64,000 nt of DNA from Candidatus Onthoplasma sp. (GCA_051883515.1 JBJETW010000008.1:9662-73661); one strand, 5' to 3'; positions 20,949 through 32,568 are shown, counted from the first letter of the stretch. Translations and numbers: made by a program. The notes: a model not told the origin generated them from the letters alone.

Positions 20949-20965
20949 AGTCAAAGAAAGTCAAA
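20949..20965 (+). promoter_or_regulatory. CtsR operator (heptad direct repeat)
   Basis: AGTCAAA-GAA-AGTCAAA matches the RGTCAAA-NAN-RGTCAAA consensus; it lies just downstream of TATAAT (20923) and upstream of the ctsR RBS. Confidence 0.88.
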
Positions 20966-20991
20966 CTTTCAAAAAAAAGGAGGCAAAAGTT

Positions 20992-21462
20992 GTGAAAAGT
21001 GTGAGTGATATCATTGAAGAGTTCATTATGAACAGTCTAGACTCAGACGATTTCATTGAATTGTCGAGAAATGATTTGGCGAAGTTCTTTTCTTGTGTCC
21101 CAAGCCAAATCAATTATGTGTTGAACACAAGATTCACCCTAAACCGCGGATTTGTAGTCGAAAGTCAGCGTGGTGGCGGTGGGTACATCAAAGTTATGAG
21201 ATTGGTTGACACAAACAGCAACTTTTTAAACAAGGCATTGAATTTATGTGAAAAGCCAATGAGTCAAGTTGAAGGAAATCAATTGATTATGCAAATGCGT
21301 GACAAAAATCTTATAACAGACAAAGAAGAAGGAATTTTAAAATCTGCGACAAGCGGAAAAGCGCTCAACAATCCTATTAATTTTGACGACAAATTGCGTT
21401 CTTCAATTTTAAAACAAGTGGTTATTGAGTTAATGAAAAATCAAGATAGAAAAGGAGAATAA
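20992..21462 (+). CDS. ctsR: Class III heat-shock repressor CtsR
   Basis: SVSDIIEEFI, CVPSQINYVLNTRFT and VESQRGGGGYI motifs; GTG start at 20992 after AGGAGG. Confidence 0.95.
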   Translation: MKSVSDIIEEFIMNSLDSDDFIELSRNDLAKFFSCVPSQINYVLNTRFTLNRGFVVESQRGGGGYIKVMRLVDTNSNFLNKALNLCEKPMSQVEGNQLIMQMRDKNLITDKEEGILKSATSGKALNNPINFDDKLRSSILKQVVIELMKNQDRKGE

Positions 21463-21464
21463 TT

Positions 21465-21959
21465 ATGAAATGTGATAGATGTGGTCGCCCTAGTGTTTAC
21501 CATTCAACGTTGGTTGTAAATGGAGTTAGTCAAACGACAAATTTATGTAGAGAATGTGCAATAAAAGAAGGAGTTTTTTCAAAACAACCAACCAGCATAT
21601 TTGACGATATGTTTTCAGTTTTTTCTGACATTTTACCTTTTGAAAAGGTTGAAGACATTGTTTGTCCGGTTTGCAAAACAAGTTTGAGAGAATATAGAAA
21701 CACAAACAAATTTGGTTGTGCAAATTGTTATGAAGTTTTCAGAAAAGAAATTTCAAATATTTTGAAAAGGATTGCACCATTTGAAACGCACAAACAAGAC
21801 AAACTTGAAATGCCAAAAGAAACAAAAACAAAACAAACAAAACAAGACAAAATCAATGATTTAAGAGAACAAATGAAGCAAGCAGTTGAAGAAGAGAGAT
21901 ACGAAGACGCGGCAAAAATTAAGAAACAAATTCAAAAATTGGAGGCAAAAGATGAATAG
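21465..21959 (+). CDS. mcsA: McsA (CXXC motifs plus UVR domain)
   Basis: Four CXXC motifs; AVEEERYEDAAKIK UVR helix. Confidence 0.92.
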   Translation: MKCDRCGRPSVYHSTLVVNGVSQTTNLCRECAIKEGVFSKQPTSIFDDMFSVFSDILPFEKVEDIVCPVCKTSLREYRNTNKFGCANCYEVFRKEISNILKRIAPFETHKQDKLEMPKETKTKQTKQDKINDLREQMKQAVEEERYEDAAKIKKQIQKLEAKDE

Positions 21960-22878
21960 TGTTATTTTCACAAAAGTTAATATTTTTAGAAATTTAAAAG
22001 ACTACAAATTTTTGCCAAAACTTGAAAACTCAAAAAAAGAAGAGATAGTTGAAAAGGTTTCTGACGCGTTAAAAGGCAAAATGAGTTTAAATTATTTGCC
22101 AAAAGCGAGTGAAGAATTTATGAACAAATTGAAAGAAAATGGATTGTTGACTCCAAATGTTAACAACATTTTCACAAAAAGTGAAGGGAACACGATTGTT
22201 GAAATGTTCTCTGACGAGCATATCGCTATCAAATCTTCAACTTTTGGTTTTGATAGTCAAATTTTCAGTGATGCAAAAGAGATAAGTGATTTACTTTCAA
22301 ACAAATTAAATCTCGCGTTCAGTGATGAATATGGATTTTTGATGAGCGACTTAAAAAAGGTTGGTTCAGGGATTAAAATTGAAAGTTTGCTATCACTTAA
22401 TGGTCTCAGTCGAATTAATAAAATTGAACAAGTTAAACAAAATGTTGCAAAACTTGGATATTCGTTGATTCCAACAGACTTGAAGAATGTTTATGTTTTG
22501 ACAACTAATTGCAATTTGGGATTCAGCGAAAAAGAAGTTTTCGAGGATTTTGAAAAAACACTTAAAAATATAGACAATCTTGAAATTGAAAGTTTGAAAA
22601 TGCAAGATGTTTCAAGTCATGACGAGTTGCAAGATAAAGTTGAAAGGGCAAAAGCAATTTTGACTTCCGCTCATCTTATGACGCAAAATGAACTTGAAAT
22701 GCATTTGTCAACTTTAAGAATGGGAAATAGTTTGAATCTTTGCGATATTGATGATGAAAAAATTAAACATGCGGAAAAACTTTGTCTTTTCAACAAGAAA
22801 GAGACAATTTCTCAATCTGAGATGAAAGATTTGGCAAACGAAGTTAGAAATTTATTCAAAGGAGGTAAAAATGTATAA
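21952..22878 (+). CDS. mcsB: McsB-like protein, probably a catalytically inactive arginine-kinase homolog
   Basis: Canonical operon position and colinear fold, but NEEDH, CPTN and RGxxGEGS are altered or deleted; ATG 21952 follows GGAGG. Confidence 0.82.
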   Translation: MNSVIFTKVNIFRNLKDYKFLPKLENSKKEEIVEKVSDALKGKMSLNYLPKASEEFMNKLKENGLLTPNVNNIFTKSEGNTIVEMFSDEHIAIKSSTFGFDSQIFSDAKEISDLLSNKLNLAFSDEYGFLMSDLKKVGSGIKIESLLSLNGLSRINKIEQVKQNVAKLGYSLIPTDLKNVYVLTTNCNLGFSEKEVFEDFEKTLKNIDNLEIESLKMQDVSSHDELQDKVERAKAILTSAHLMTQNELEMHLSTLRMGNSLNLCDIDDEKIKHAEKLCLFNKKETISQSEMKDLANEVRNLFKGGKNV

Positions 22879-25330
22879 TTTAACAGATTTAGCAAACAAA
22901 ATTATTCAAGTTGCTTCACAATATGCCTCTCACAGCACAAACGAAGTTGGCACAGAGCACATTTTGTATGCTTTCACAAAAGTTGAAAGCAAAGCAAAAA
23001 CTTTGTTGCAAGCGTATCATGTTGACACGAAGACTATTCAAGAAATTTTGGATAGCGTTGGTTCAAAAGGAACACCATCTAATGTGGTTGAACTCACACC
23101 AAGAGTTAGAGAGATGTTGATGATTGCAAATTCAATTGCAAAGAGAACTCACAGTTCATACATTGCTCCTGAACATCTCTTGGTAGCACTTTTAAGTCAA
23201 GAAGAAAGTTTTGCAATTAATATTTTGTCTGGAGTTTTAAATTTGGACGTATTTGAGTTGAGAAATAAAGCAATCATGATATTAAATTCAAGCAATGTCA
23301 GTGATTCTTTTAATGATGATGGTTTGGTCCAAGTTGGAAATTTGAACAAGTCAACACCAAAACAAACTCAACAAAACTACACAAGCGAACTTAGTCAAGA
23401 ACTTTTGGACATGGGCAGTGATTTAACTTTGCGTGCAAAAAATGGAAAAATCGACCCCATCATTGGTCGAGACGCAGAAATTGAGCGTATGATTGAAATT
23501 CTTTGCAGAAAGACGAAAAACAATCCGGTTTTAATTGGTGAAGCTGGAGTTGGAAAAACTGCAATCGTTGAAGGACTTGCAAGAAAAATCGTTGAAGGTG
23601 ATGTTCCAGACCTTCTGAAGAATAAAATTATTTATTCCTTAGATATCGGCGGGCTTATGGCAGGAACAAAATATCGTGGAAGCATGGAAGAAAAACTTAA
23701 AAGTGCAATAGAAACAATAACATCAAACAAGAATATTATTGTTTTCATTGACGAAATCCACACTCTTGCTCAAGCGGGAAGTGAAAAAGGCGAAACAAAC
23801 CCAGCGGACATGTTAAAACCATATCTTGCACGTGGTGAAATGCAAACAATCGGCGCAACAACGACAGACGAATATAGAAGATACATTGAAAAAGATAAAG
23901 CACTTGAAAGAAGATTTCAACCAATAACAGTAGACCCACCAACAGTTGAACAAACAATTGAAATCTTAAAAGGTTTAAGAAATTCTTATGAGAACTTCCA
24001 TAAAGTGAAAATCAGCGATGAAGCAATAAAATCAGCAGCGACACTCAGTGACCGTTATATTCAAGATAGAAGTCTTCCAGACAAAGCAATTGACTTGATT
24101 GATGAAGCATCAAGTAGGGCAAAAGTTAAAGCAAACAGTGATTCACCAGAGATAGCAAAACTTAAATCTCAATTGGAAAATCTTGAAAAAGAAAAGAGTA
24201 AAGCTGTGGCTGATGAAGATTTTGAAAAAGCAGGGAAATTGAGAGACAAAATTTCTTCAACAAAGCAAGAAATTGAGAGACAAAAATCACTTCCAGCCAC
24301 ACAAACAGATAATATTTACACTGTGACGGAACACGACATTGCAGAAGTGATTAGCAAGTGGACCAACATTCCACTCACGAAACTCACAGAAGGCGAAGCG
24401 GAAAGATTGTTGAATCTTGAAAAAGTTTTAACTGAAAGAGTTAAAGGTCAAGACGAAGCAGTTGAAAAGGTTGCAAAAGCAATCAGAAGAAGCAGAATTG
24501 GAATCAGAGACCCTAAAAGACCAATTGGAAGTTTCTTGTTCTTGGGTCCAACTGGTGTTGGTAAAACAGAATTGAGCAAAGCACTTGCAGAAGCATTGTT
24601 CGACGATGAAAACAAGATAATCAGACTTGACATGAGTGAGTTTATGGAAGCACACAGCGTGTCAAAATTGATAGGTAGTCCTCCAGGATACGTTGGATTT
24701 GACGATGGTGGACAACTCACCGAACAAGTTAGAAGAAAACCATATTCAGTTGTTTTGTTTGATGAAATTGAGAAAGCGCACCCAGAAGTGTTTAATATGT
24801 TGCTACAAATTCTTGACGATGGACGACTTACAGATAGTCACGGAAGGGTTGTAAGTTTCAAAAACACAATCATCATTTTAACTTCTAATATTGGAAGTGA
24901 CAAACTCACAAAGAACAATGTTGATTTAGGATTCAACGATTCAAAGAAAGATGATAAATCAGCAATTGCGCTTGACGAATTGAAAAAATATTTCAAACCA
25001 GAACTTATCAATCGTATTGACAACATTGTTGTATTCAACAAACTTTCAACAACAGTTTTGAAAGAGATTGCAAAGAAAATGCTTGGAGATTTAAACAAAC
25101 AACTAAAGCAAAATGGTGTTGAACTTAAATTTACAGCGAATACATTGAATTATCTCGTCAAAAACGGAACAAATGAAGATTTTGGCGCACGTCCATTGAA
25201 ACGATTAATCACAAGTAAAATTGAAGATGAACTTGCAGACAGAATGTTGAAAGGCGAAGTCAAGAAAGGCGACAATGTCCTTGTGGATTGCAAAGATAAC
25301 AAATTAATTTTCTTGACAAAACAAGAATAA
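22871..25330 (+). CDS. clpC: ATP-dependent Clp protease ATPase subunit ClpC
   Basis: Double Clp-N domain, GEAGVGKT, UVR M-domain, GPTGVGKT, GARPLKR. Confidence 0.96.
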   Translation: MYNLTDLANKIIQVASQYASHSTNEVGTEHILYAFTKVESKAKTLLQAYHVDTKTIQEILDSVGSKGTPSNVVELTPRVREMLMIANSIAKRTHSSYIAPEHLLVALLSQEESFAINILSGVLNLDVFELRNKAIMILNSSNVSDSFNDDGLVQVGNLNKSTPKQTQQNYTSELSQELLDMGSDLTLRAKNGKIDPIIGRDAEIERMIEILCRKTKNNPVLIGEAGVGKTAIVEGLARKIVEGDVPDLLKNKIIYSLDIGGLMAGTKYRGSMEEKLKSAIETITSNKNIIVFIDEIHTLAQAGSEKGETNPADMLKPYLARGEMQTIGATTTDEYRRYIEKDKALERRFQPITVDPPTVEQTIEILKGLRNSYENFHKVKISDEAIKSAATLSDRYIQDRSLPDKAIDLIDEASSRAKVKANSDSPEIAKLKSQLENLEKEKSKAVADEDFEKAGKLRDKISSTKQEIERQKSLPATQTDNIYTVTEHDIAEVISKWTNIPLTKLTEGEAERLLNLEKVLTERVKGQDEAVEKVAKAIRRSRIGIRDPKRPIGSFLFLGPTGVGKTELSKALAEALFDDENKIIRLDMSEFMEAHSVSKLIGSPPGYVGFDDGGQLTEQVRRKPYSVVLFDEIEKAHPEVFNMLLQILDDGRLTDSHGRVVSFKNTIIILTSNIGSDKLTKNNVDLGFNDSKKDDKSAIALDELKKYFKPELINRIDNIVVFNKLSTTVLKEIAKKMLGDLNKQLKQNGVELKFTANTLNYLVKNGTNEDFGARPLKRLITSKIEDELADRMLKGEVKKGDNVLVDCKDNKLIFLTKQE

Positions 25331-25342
25331 AACAACTTGAAT

Positions 25343-25371
25343 AAAAAAAGACCAGTTTTTGGTCTTTTTTT
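25343..25371. terminator. Bidirectional intrinsic terminator
   Basis: A7-GACCA-gtttt-TGGTC-T7. Confidence 0.85.
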
Positions 25372-25972
25372 ATGTTAAAATTACTTTTTCAAATTTGGCA
25401 TCTTCAAAAAATTTAATGTCAGTTTCTGAGATTATAATTTGAGAAAATTTTACAGCATAGTCTATAAGGTGTTTTGCTAAATCATAAAAATTAGAGTCAA
25501 TATTTTCAAAAATATTTTCAATTAAAATGTATTTTGGTTTGTGAATAATTGAACGAATTAGAGAAATTAGAATTTTCTCTGATTTATTTAATTCTTTGAC
25601 GCGCTTAGAAATAAAATCTAAATTAAAATTTTCAATAAATTTATCAAAAATTTCTTTTCTTTCAGTCTTTTTAATTTTTCTAATTTTTAAAGGATATGTT
25701 ATATTTTCAAAAATTGATTTATGTTGAAATAATTGAGGGATAGTTGGGACATATGCTACAGGATAATTATTATTTTTTATTTTTTTTATATTTATTCCAT
25801 CAATTAAAATTTCTCCAGAAAAATTATCAAAATTTAAAATTGTGCGAAAAATTGCGCTTGTTTGTTCAATTTTTCCAATTAAAATTGTGTTTTTTGAAAA
25901 TTTTTTTGAAAAATCAAATAAACTTGCGTAATATGAAAAATATTGAATTGTCACATTTTTTAATTCTATCAC
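25370..25972 (-). CDS. Degenerate ABC-ATPase-like protein (no intact Walker A)
   Basis: FSGEILIDG, LFQHKSIFENITYPL and ISLIRSIIHKPKYILIE are ABC-like; the GxxGxGKS position reads GKIEQTSA. Confidence 0.65.
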   Translation of the reverse strand: MIELKNVTIQYFSYYASLFDFSKKFSKNTILIGKIEQTSAIFRTILNFDNFSGEILIDGINIKKIKNNNYPVAYVPTIPQLFQHKSIFENITYPLKIRKIKKTERKEIFDKFIENFNLDFISKRVKELNKSEKILISLIRSIIHKPKYILIENIFENIDSNFYDLAKHLIDYAVKFSQIIISETDIKFFEDAKFEKVILT

Positions 25973-26003
25973 TTATCTATTGTATCATAAATTTTTTCAT
26001 ATT

Positions 26004-27113
26004 TCAATCATTTGTAAAAGTTAAAAATCCATATCCTTCTATATCGCGGTCATGAAGAATGGGTTTTGAGTTTGAGAGCAGAAATCTTTTAATTTGGTTG
26101 TTGCTGAGTTTTGGGAACCTAGAAAGAAGGCATGCACAAATTCCAGCAACAATTGGAGTTGCGACGCTTGTTCCGCTCATTTTTGTGTAAGGAAGCGCTT
26201 TGTTGTTGCAAGAGATAACATCTACAGCAGGGGCGACCAAATCAGGTTTGTGCCCATAAATTGTTGGACCTCTGCTTGAAAAATCTGCAATTGACATTGA
26301 GTCAATTTCAAACCCACCAACAGTGATGATATTTGGATTAATTCCTGGTGACTTGATTGTTCTTTCTTTTGGACCGCTGTTTCCTGCTGCGGCAACCACA
26401 ACAATTCCTTTTTTCCACAATGCTTCAGCACCAAAAGACAATGGGTCGCTCATTAAGTTTACATCTGCACCAAAACTCATGCACACAACTTTAATGTTAT
26501 ACGTTTTGTGATTTTCAAACACCCATTGCATGGCGTCCAAGATAAGATTGCTATCACTGTTCCCATTTGAGTTTAGTGCTTTCAAACTTACTATATTTGC
26601 TCTTGGAGCAAAGCCAGCATTTCCTTTTGAAAAAATGCCATTTCCGCACGCAATTCCTGCCACGAATGTGCCGTGTCCGTTGTCATCATATGGTTCGGTT
26701 TTTCCGTTTACAAAATCCACAAATTTCAAAATTCTAGACTTTGGAAATAAAAAATCTAAGTGCGGATAAATTCCAGTGTCAATGAAACATATGGTTTGAT
26801 TTTGACCAAGAAAAGTGTGTTCAGTTATGTTTTCCACATGCATAAAATCTTTTTCATATTGTTCAATTTTAACAGGAAAATTTTCACAAATAAAATCAAC
26901 CGACTTAAGATGTGACATCTCTTTAATTTTTTCAAAATTAGCGTTGCAGGAAAAACACTTTGCAAATTTAAATGTCTGAAAATTTATGTTAGAATTCAAA
27001 AGGTATTTTTCAGTTTCCTTGATGCTGTTTGACAAAATAAAAATATTTTCAGTTGAATTTGAAAGGACTGAAACTTTGTTAATTAAATTTTTGCTGATTT
27101 TATTTTTGACCAT
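26004..27113 (-). CDS. S8 subtilisin-family serine protease (AprX-like)
   Basis: Catalytic motifs FIDTG (Asp), NGHGTFVAG (His) and SGTSVATP (Ser); no signal peptide. Confidence 0.9.
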   Translation of the reverse strand: MVKNKISKNLINKVSVLSNSTENIFILSNSIKETEKYLLNSNINFQTFKFAKCFSCNANFEKIKEMSHLKSVDFICENFPVKIEQYEKDFMHVENITEHTFLGQNQTICFIDTGIYPHLDFLFPKSRILKFVDFVNGKTEPYDDNGHGTFVAGIACGNGIFSKGNAGFAPRANIVSLKALNSNGNSDSNLILDAMQWVFENHKTYNIKVVCMSFGADVNLMSDPLSFGAEALWKKGIVVVAAAGNSGPKERTIKSPGINPNIITVGGFEIDSMSIADFSSRGPTIYGHKPDLVAPAVDVISCNNKALPYTKMSGTSVATPIVAGICACLLSRFPKLSNNQIKRFLLSNSKPILHDRDIEGYGFLTFTND

Positions 27114-27381
27114 TGATTGCATCTATAATGTCGTTTAACATGTGTTTTTGTTCTTCGTTTAGGAACATGGCTAAACTAGATTTTAAAGAGTTTAAGGTTG
27201 AACTGTCCAGTTTTCCTTCGCTTTTTAATTTGCTTGCTTGTTCGAAAAGATTAGCCATCAGTTCATTTTGATTCATGTTTTTGTATTTGTTTAAAATGTC
27301 TTGATACTCGCTAACTTTTTCAGGATTTTCTTTTGCTATATTTTCGTGTTCTTTTGCAAAAGTTTTGAAATCTCTTGGCAT
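27100..27381 (-). CDS. Hypothetical small helical protein, probably sporulation-related
   Basis: ATG 27381 after GGAG; stop overlaps the S8 protease start. Confidence 0.65.
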   Translation of the reverse strand: MPRDFKTFAKEHENIAKENPEKVSEYQDILNKYKNMNQNELMANLFEQASKLKSEGKLDSSTLNSLKSSLAMFLNEEQKHMLNDIIDAINGQK

Positions 27382-27454
27382 AACGTCTCCATTTGTTCGT
27401 ATGTTGACAAATAAAAAATTGTGACAAAATATAAACTTAAGCATAAATACAAAT

Positions 27455-27991
27455 ATGGAATATGAAGATAGTAGAAATGCTTTGTTTGTTGAACCTAACG
27501 CATATATTCAGCGCTATGATGACAAGAAAAAAGAACAAGGCATAAAAAAAATTGTGTTTTCTGAACCTTATGAGTCAGCACCACCAATGTATTATAACAG
27601 CAATCATCAAAATAGCGGTGGAGGGTTTGAAAGCAGAGGACAAACAAACTCCAATTTTCAAAATAATCAATCTCAAAATAACAGCAATTTTTCTCAACCT
27701 CAAAACAATTTCAGACAGATGTTTGATTTCAAAAATATAATGTCGTTGTTGGGCGCTTTGGGGAAAGGGAAAAGTGATTTGGGTGGCATGATGAAACTTT
27801 TGGGTGGAAATCAAGGTCAAGAAAAAAGTTCATCAATGGGTTTGAATTCAATTTTAAGTTTGCTCCAAAATAAAGATTTGTTAAGTGGTCTTTTAAACAT
27901 GTTTAGCAAGCCCAAAAAGAATAAATCTGCAGAAAATAATGAAAAATCCACAGATTTTGTAATAAAAAACTACACAAGAGTTGAAAATTAA
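27455..27991 (+). CDS. Hypothetical Q/N/S-rich protein, possibly a spore coat protein
   Basis: Low-complexity NQSQNNSN tract; AC-N16-CATA promoter-like motif immediately upstream. Confidence 0.55.
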   Translation: MEYEDSRNALFVEPNAYIQRYDDKKKEQGIKKIVFSEPYESAPPMYYNSNHQNSGGGFESRGQTNSNFQNNQSQNNSNFSQPQNNFRQMFDFKNIMSLLGALGKGKSDLGGMMKLLGGNQGQEKSSSMGLNSILSLLQNKDLLSGLLNMFSKPKKNKSAENNEKSTDFVIKNYTRVEN

Positions 27992-27998
27992 AAAAATA

Positions 27999-28292
27999 TT
28001 AAGCCAGAACGTGCTTAATATTTTTCTTTTCGCTGTGTTTATATAAAACGATTTTTCGTCCTATTGTTGTGATAACATCTGCTCCAAGTTTGACTGCAAT
28101 TTCTGTCAATTCAAAATCTGTAAGGGTTGGGGCAGTTTCTTGAAGAGTGAGTTTAATAAGTTCATGGTTAAACAATTCTTCTTCAATTTGAGATAGAACA
28201 GATGGGGTGAATCCTTCTTTTCCAATCCAAATTGTAGATTTAATGTTCATTGCCATGCTTCTTAGTTGAATTCTTGTTTTTTTGTCAATCAT
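27999..28292 (-). CDS. yhbY: YhbY/CRM-domain RNA-binding protein
   Basis: LRSMA, IWIGKEG, HELIKL and IGRKIVLY motifs; directly downstream of obg. Confidence 0.88.
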   Translation of the reverse strand: MIDKKTRIQLRSMAMNIKSTIWIGKEGFTPSVLSQIEEELFNHELIKLTLQETAPTLTDFELTEIAVKLGADVITTIGRKIVLYKHSEKKNIKHVLA

Positions 28293-28301
28293 AATGTCTC
28301 C

Positions 28302-30207
<1,906 letters not shown>

Positions 30208-30242
30208 TTTCTCATTATATCAAATAAATTAAATATAGTCAA
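30208..30242 (-). promoter_or_regulatory. sigmaA-type promoter, probably leaderless (nth-obgE-yhbY)
   Basis: Minus strand TTGACT-N17-TATAAT with extended TG, then 6 nt, then ATG at 30207. Confidence 0.75.
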
Positions 30243-30269
30243 TTCAAATAAAAAAAAAGAGATGAACTC

Positions 30270-30530
30270 TTAAACCAGACGTTCAAATCTTTCGCTTATT
30301 CCTTCACTTATGGACATAAAAATTCCGTTTAAATCATTTGGGCGCAGTTGTTGAATAATAGACAGAACCTTATTATAATACAGATAATTGAGTTTCAAAC
30401 TCAATCCACAACTAGTCGATATTCCACGTGGAGTGTCAATTACATGAACGACAATTCCGTTTGATTTAAAGATTTTTGAAAATGCCATAACGGTGTTTCT
30501 GTTTTTGAAAGAGATGATAATGTTTTTCAT
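30270..30530 (-). CDS. DUF3343-family protein
   Basis: TPRGISTSCGLSL motif; divergent from a cysteine desulfurase gene. Confidence 0.8.
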   Translation of the reverse strand: MKNIIISFKNRNTVMAFSKIFKSNGIVVHVIDTPRGISTSCGLSLKLNYLYYNKVLSIIQQLRPNDLNGIFMSISEGISERFERLV

Positions 30531-30579
30531 TTTTCATTCCTCCTATAACATGATATTTAAAATTTGCATATTGTGTTAT

Positions 30580-31704
30580 ATGATATATTTTGATAATGCA
30601 GCAACCAGTTTCCACAAACCTGAAAGCGTAAAAAAGATTGTTAATTTTGCCATGTCACACTACACAGCAAATCCAGGAAGGAGTGGACACACACTTGCTG
30701 AAAACGTTGCAAATCAAATTTACGAAACAAGAGAAATCGTAAAAAATTTTTTTAATGCTCAAAATTATGACTTAATTTTCACAAAAAACTGCACCGAAGC
30801 ATTAAATTTGGCAATTTTTGGTGCTTTGAATGCGGGAGACCATGTTATTACGACAACTTTTGAACACAATTCGGTTTTGCGTCCGCTAGAATTTTTAAAA
30901 AGCAAGGGTGTCAAAGTGACAGTGATTGATTGTGATTTAAGAGATGTTCACTTTTATTTAGAAAATGAAATAAAGCAGAACACAAAAATGCTGATTACAA
31001 CTGCTGTTTCAAATGTGACAGGGGATAAAACAAACATAAAATCCTGCTCAAAAATTTGCAAAAAACACAATCTTTTATATCTTGTTGATGGAGCGCAAAT
31101 CAGTGGACATGAAAAAATTGATTTAAACGATTTGGGTGTAGATATGTTTGCTTTTGCTGGACATAAAGGTCTACTAGCAATGAGCGGTGTTGGCGGATTA
31201 CTTAAACGACAAGATTTAAAATTAAAACCATTAATTTATGGTGGCACAGGCACTTCAAGTGAAAGTTTAATTCAACCAACAGATAGTGAAGAAGATTATG
31301 AAACAGGCACAATACCAACAATTTCAATAATATCTTTGAAAGAAGGAGTCAAATTTTTAACATCTGCAATTGATGTGATAGAAAAAAAAGAAAAATTACT
31401 TTCAGAATATTTGTTCAGCGAACTAAGCAAGTTAGATTACATTGAACTATATTCAAAACATGACTCACAAAATGTTTTCAGTTTTAATGTGAAAAATTAT
31501 GATTCAACTGAAATATCAAATTATTTGAATGAAAAATTTGGAATATGCGTAAGAAGTGGTTTGCATTGTGCACCGCTCACTCATAAACATTTTGGCACAC
31601 TAAAAAGGGGCGCGGTTAGAGTTTCAATTGATTTTATGAACACAACAAAAGAAATTGACACTTTGATATATGCTTTAAATAAGATTAAAGATTTTGAAAC
31701 TTAG
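30580..31704 (+). CDS. Cysteine desulfurase family (class V PLP aminotransferase, SufS/CsdA-like)
   Basis: YFDNAATS, DGAQ, GHKG (PLP Lys) and RSGLHCAP (catalytic Cys); start reassigned to ATG 30580. Confidence 0.9.
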   Translation: MIYFDNAATSFHKPESVKKIVNFAMSHYTANPGRSGHTLAENVANQIYETREIVKNFFNAQNYDLIFTKNCTEALNLAIFGALNAGDHVITTTFEHNSVLRPLEFLKSKGVKVTVIDCDLRDVHFYLENEIKQNTKMLITTAVSNVTGDKTNIKSCSKICKKHNLLYLVDGAQISGHEKIDLNDLGVDMFAFAGHKGLLAMSGVGGLLKRQDLKLKPLIYGGTGTSSESLIQPTDSEEDYETGTIPTISIISLKEGVKFLTSAIDVIEKKEKLLSEYLFSELSKLDYIELYSKHDSQNVFSFNVKNYDSTEISNYLNEKFGICVRSGLHCAPLTHKHFGTLKRGAVRVSIDFMNTTKEIDTLIYALNKIKDFET

Positions 31705-32473
31705 GCAACAATTTTGAAATTAAAGAGAACAACATCAACATGCTTCCAACAATCACATAATAAACATGATAAGGAAGAATGATACTGCTAAAAATTAAAA
31801 TCAATCCGCAAAAAAAGTACGTTTTTGCTTTTTTGCTGTCAAAAATCATATAAATTAATTCTTTTTTATTAAATTTTTTAATTTTTTCATTTAAAATTTG
31901 TTTTGGGAAAATTGAATATTTTTTAAAATATTCGTCAAAAAGTTTGTTTTTATCCGCGATATTAATTTTAACATTTGAAAGAATTTGAGTGTCAAATTTT
32001 GAACTGATTTCGTCGCAAAAAATATCAATTTCGTCACAATTTACAACCAAATTTTGACTGATTAAATTTTCCACATCAGATTTGGATATTTTTGGAATGT
32101 GGGTTGCGAAAATAATTGAGTGAATTTTGCCGTCTTTTAAATAACTCATTGTGTCAAAGTTGAAGTTGGAGGCGTTTTCTTTTTCTAAGATTGATTTAAT
32201 CAGATTGAATTTTTCTTGTTTGGAACTAAGTTTGAAATTTAAAAATTTATCATTTTTTTCTTTTTGTAGTTGTCTGTTTGTAATATCCTTGTCTTTTTTC
32301 TTATCAAGCTGGTGAAATAATAAAAACACAAAACTTAAACTAATCAACAAAGAAAATATAAAACTTAACCACAAATCATGAAAGAAAAAATTTATCCAAG
32401 CAAACACGAATAAAAAACTTGTGAGTGTGATAAATATTCTATCAATAAGATTAACGATGAAGAATTTTGACAT
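31685..32473 (-). CDS. Hypothetical membrane protein (2 N-terminal and 2 C-terminal TM segments)
   Basis: Hydropathy pattern in a long ORF. Confidence 0.65.
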   Translation of the reverse strand: MSKFFIVNLIDRIFITLTSFLFVFAWINFFFHDLWLSFIFSLLISLSFVFLLFHQLDKKKDKDITNRQLQKEKNDKFLNFKLSSKQEKFNLIKSILEKENASNFNFDTMSYLKDGKIHSIIFATHIPKISKSDVENLISQNLVVNCDEIDIFCDEISSKFDTQILSNVKINIADKNKLFDEYFKKYSIFPKQILNEKIKKFNKKELIYMIFDSKKAKTYFFCGLILIFSSIILPYHVYYVIVGSMLMLFSLISKLLPKFQNL

Positions 32474-32568
32474 ATAAAAATAGTTGCCAATTTATCAATT
32501 TTTAAACATATAATGTTCTTTTGTTGACAAAAAAAATTATAATAGTTAAAATTATTTAAAGGTAAAAA

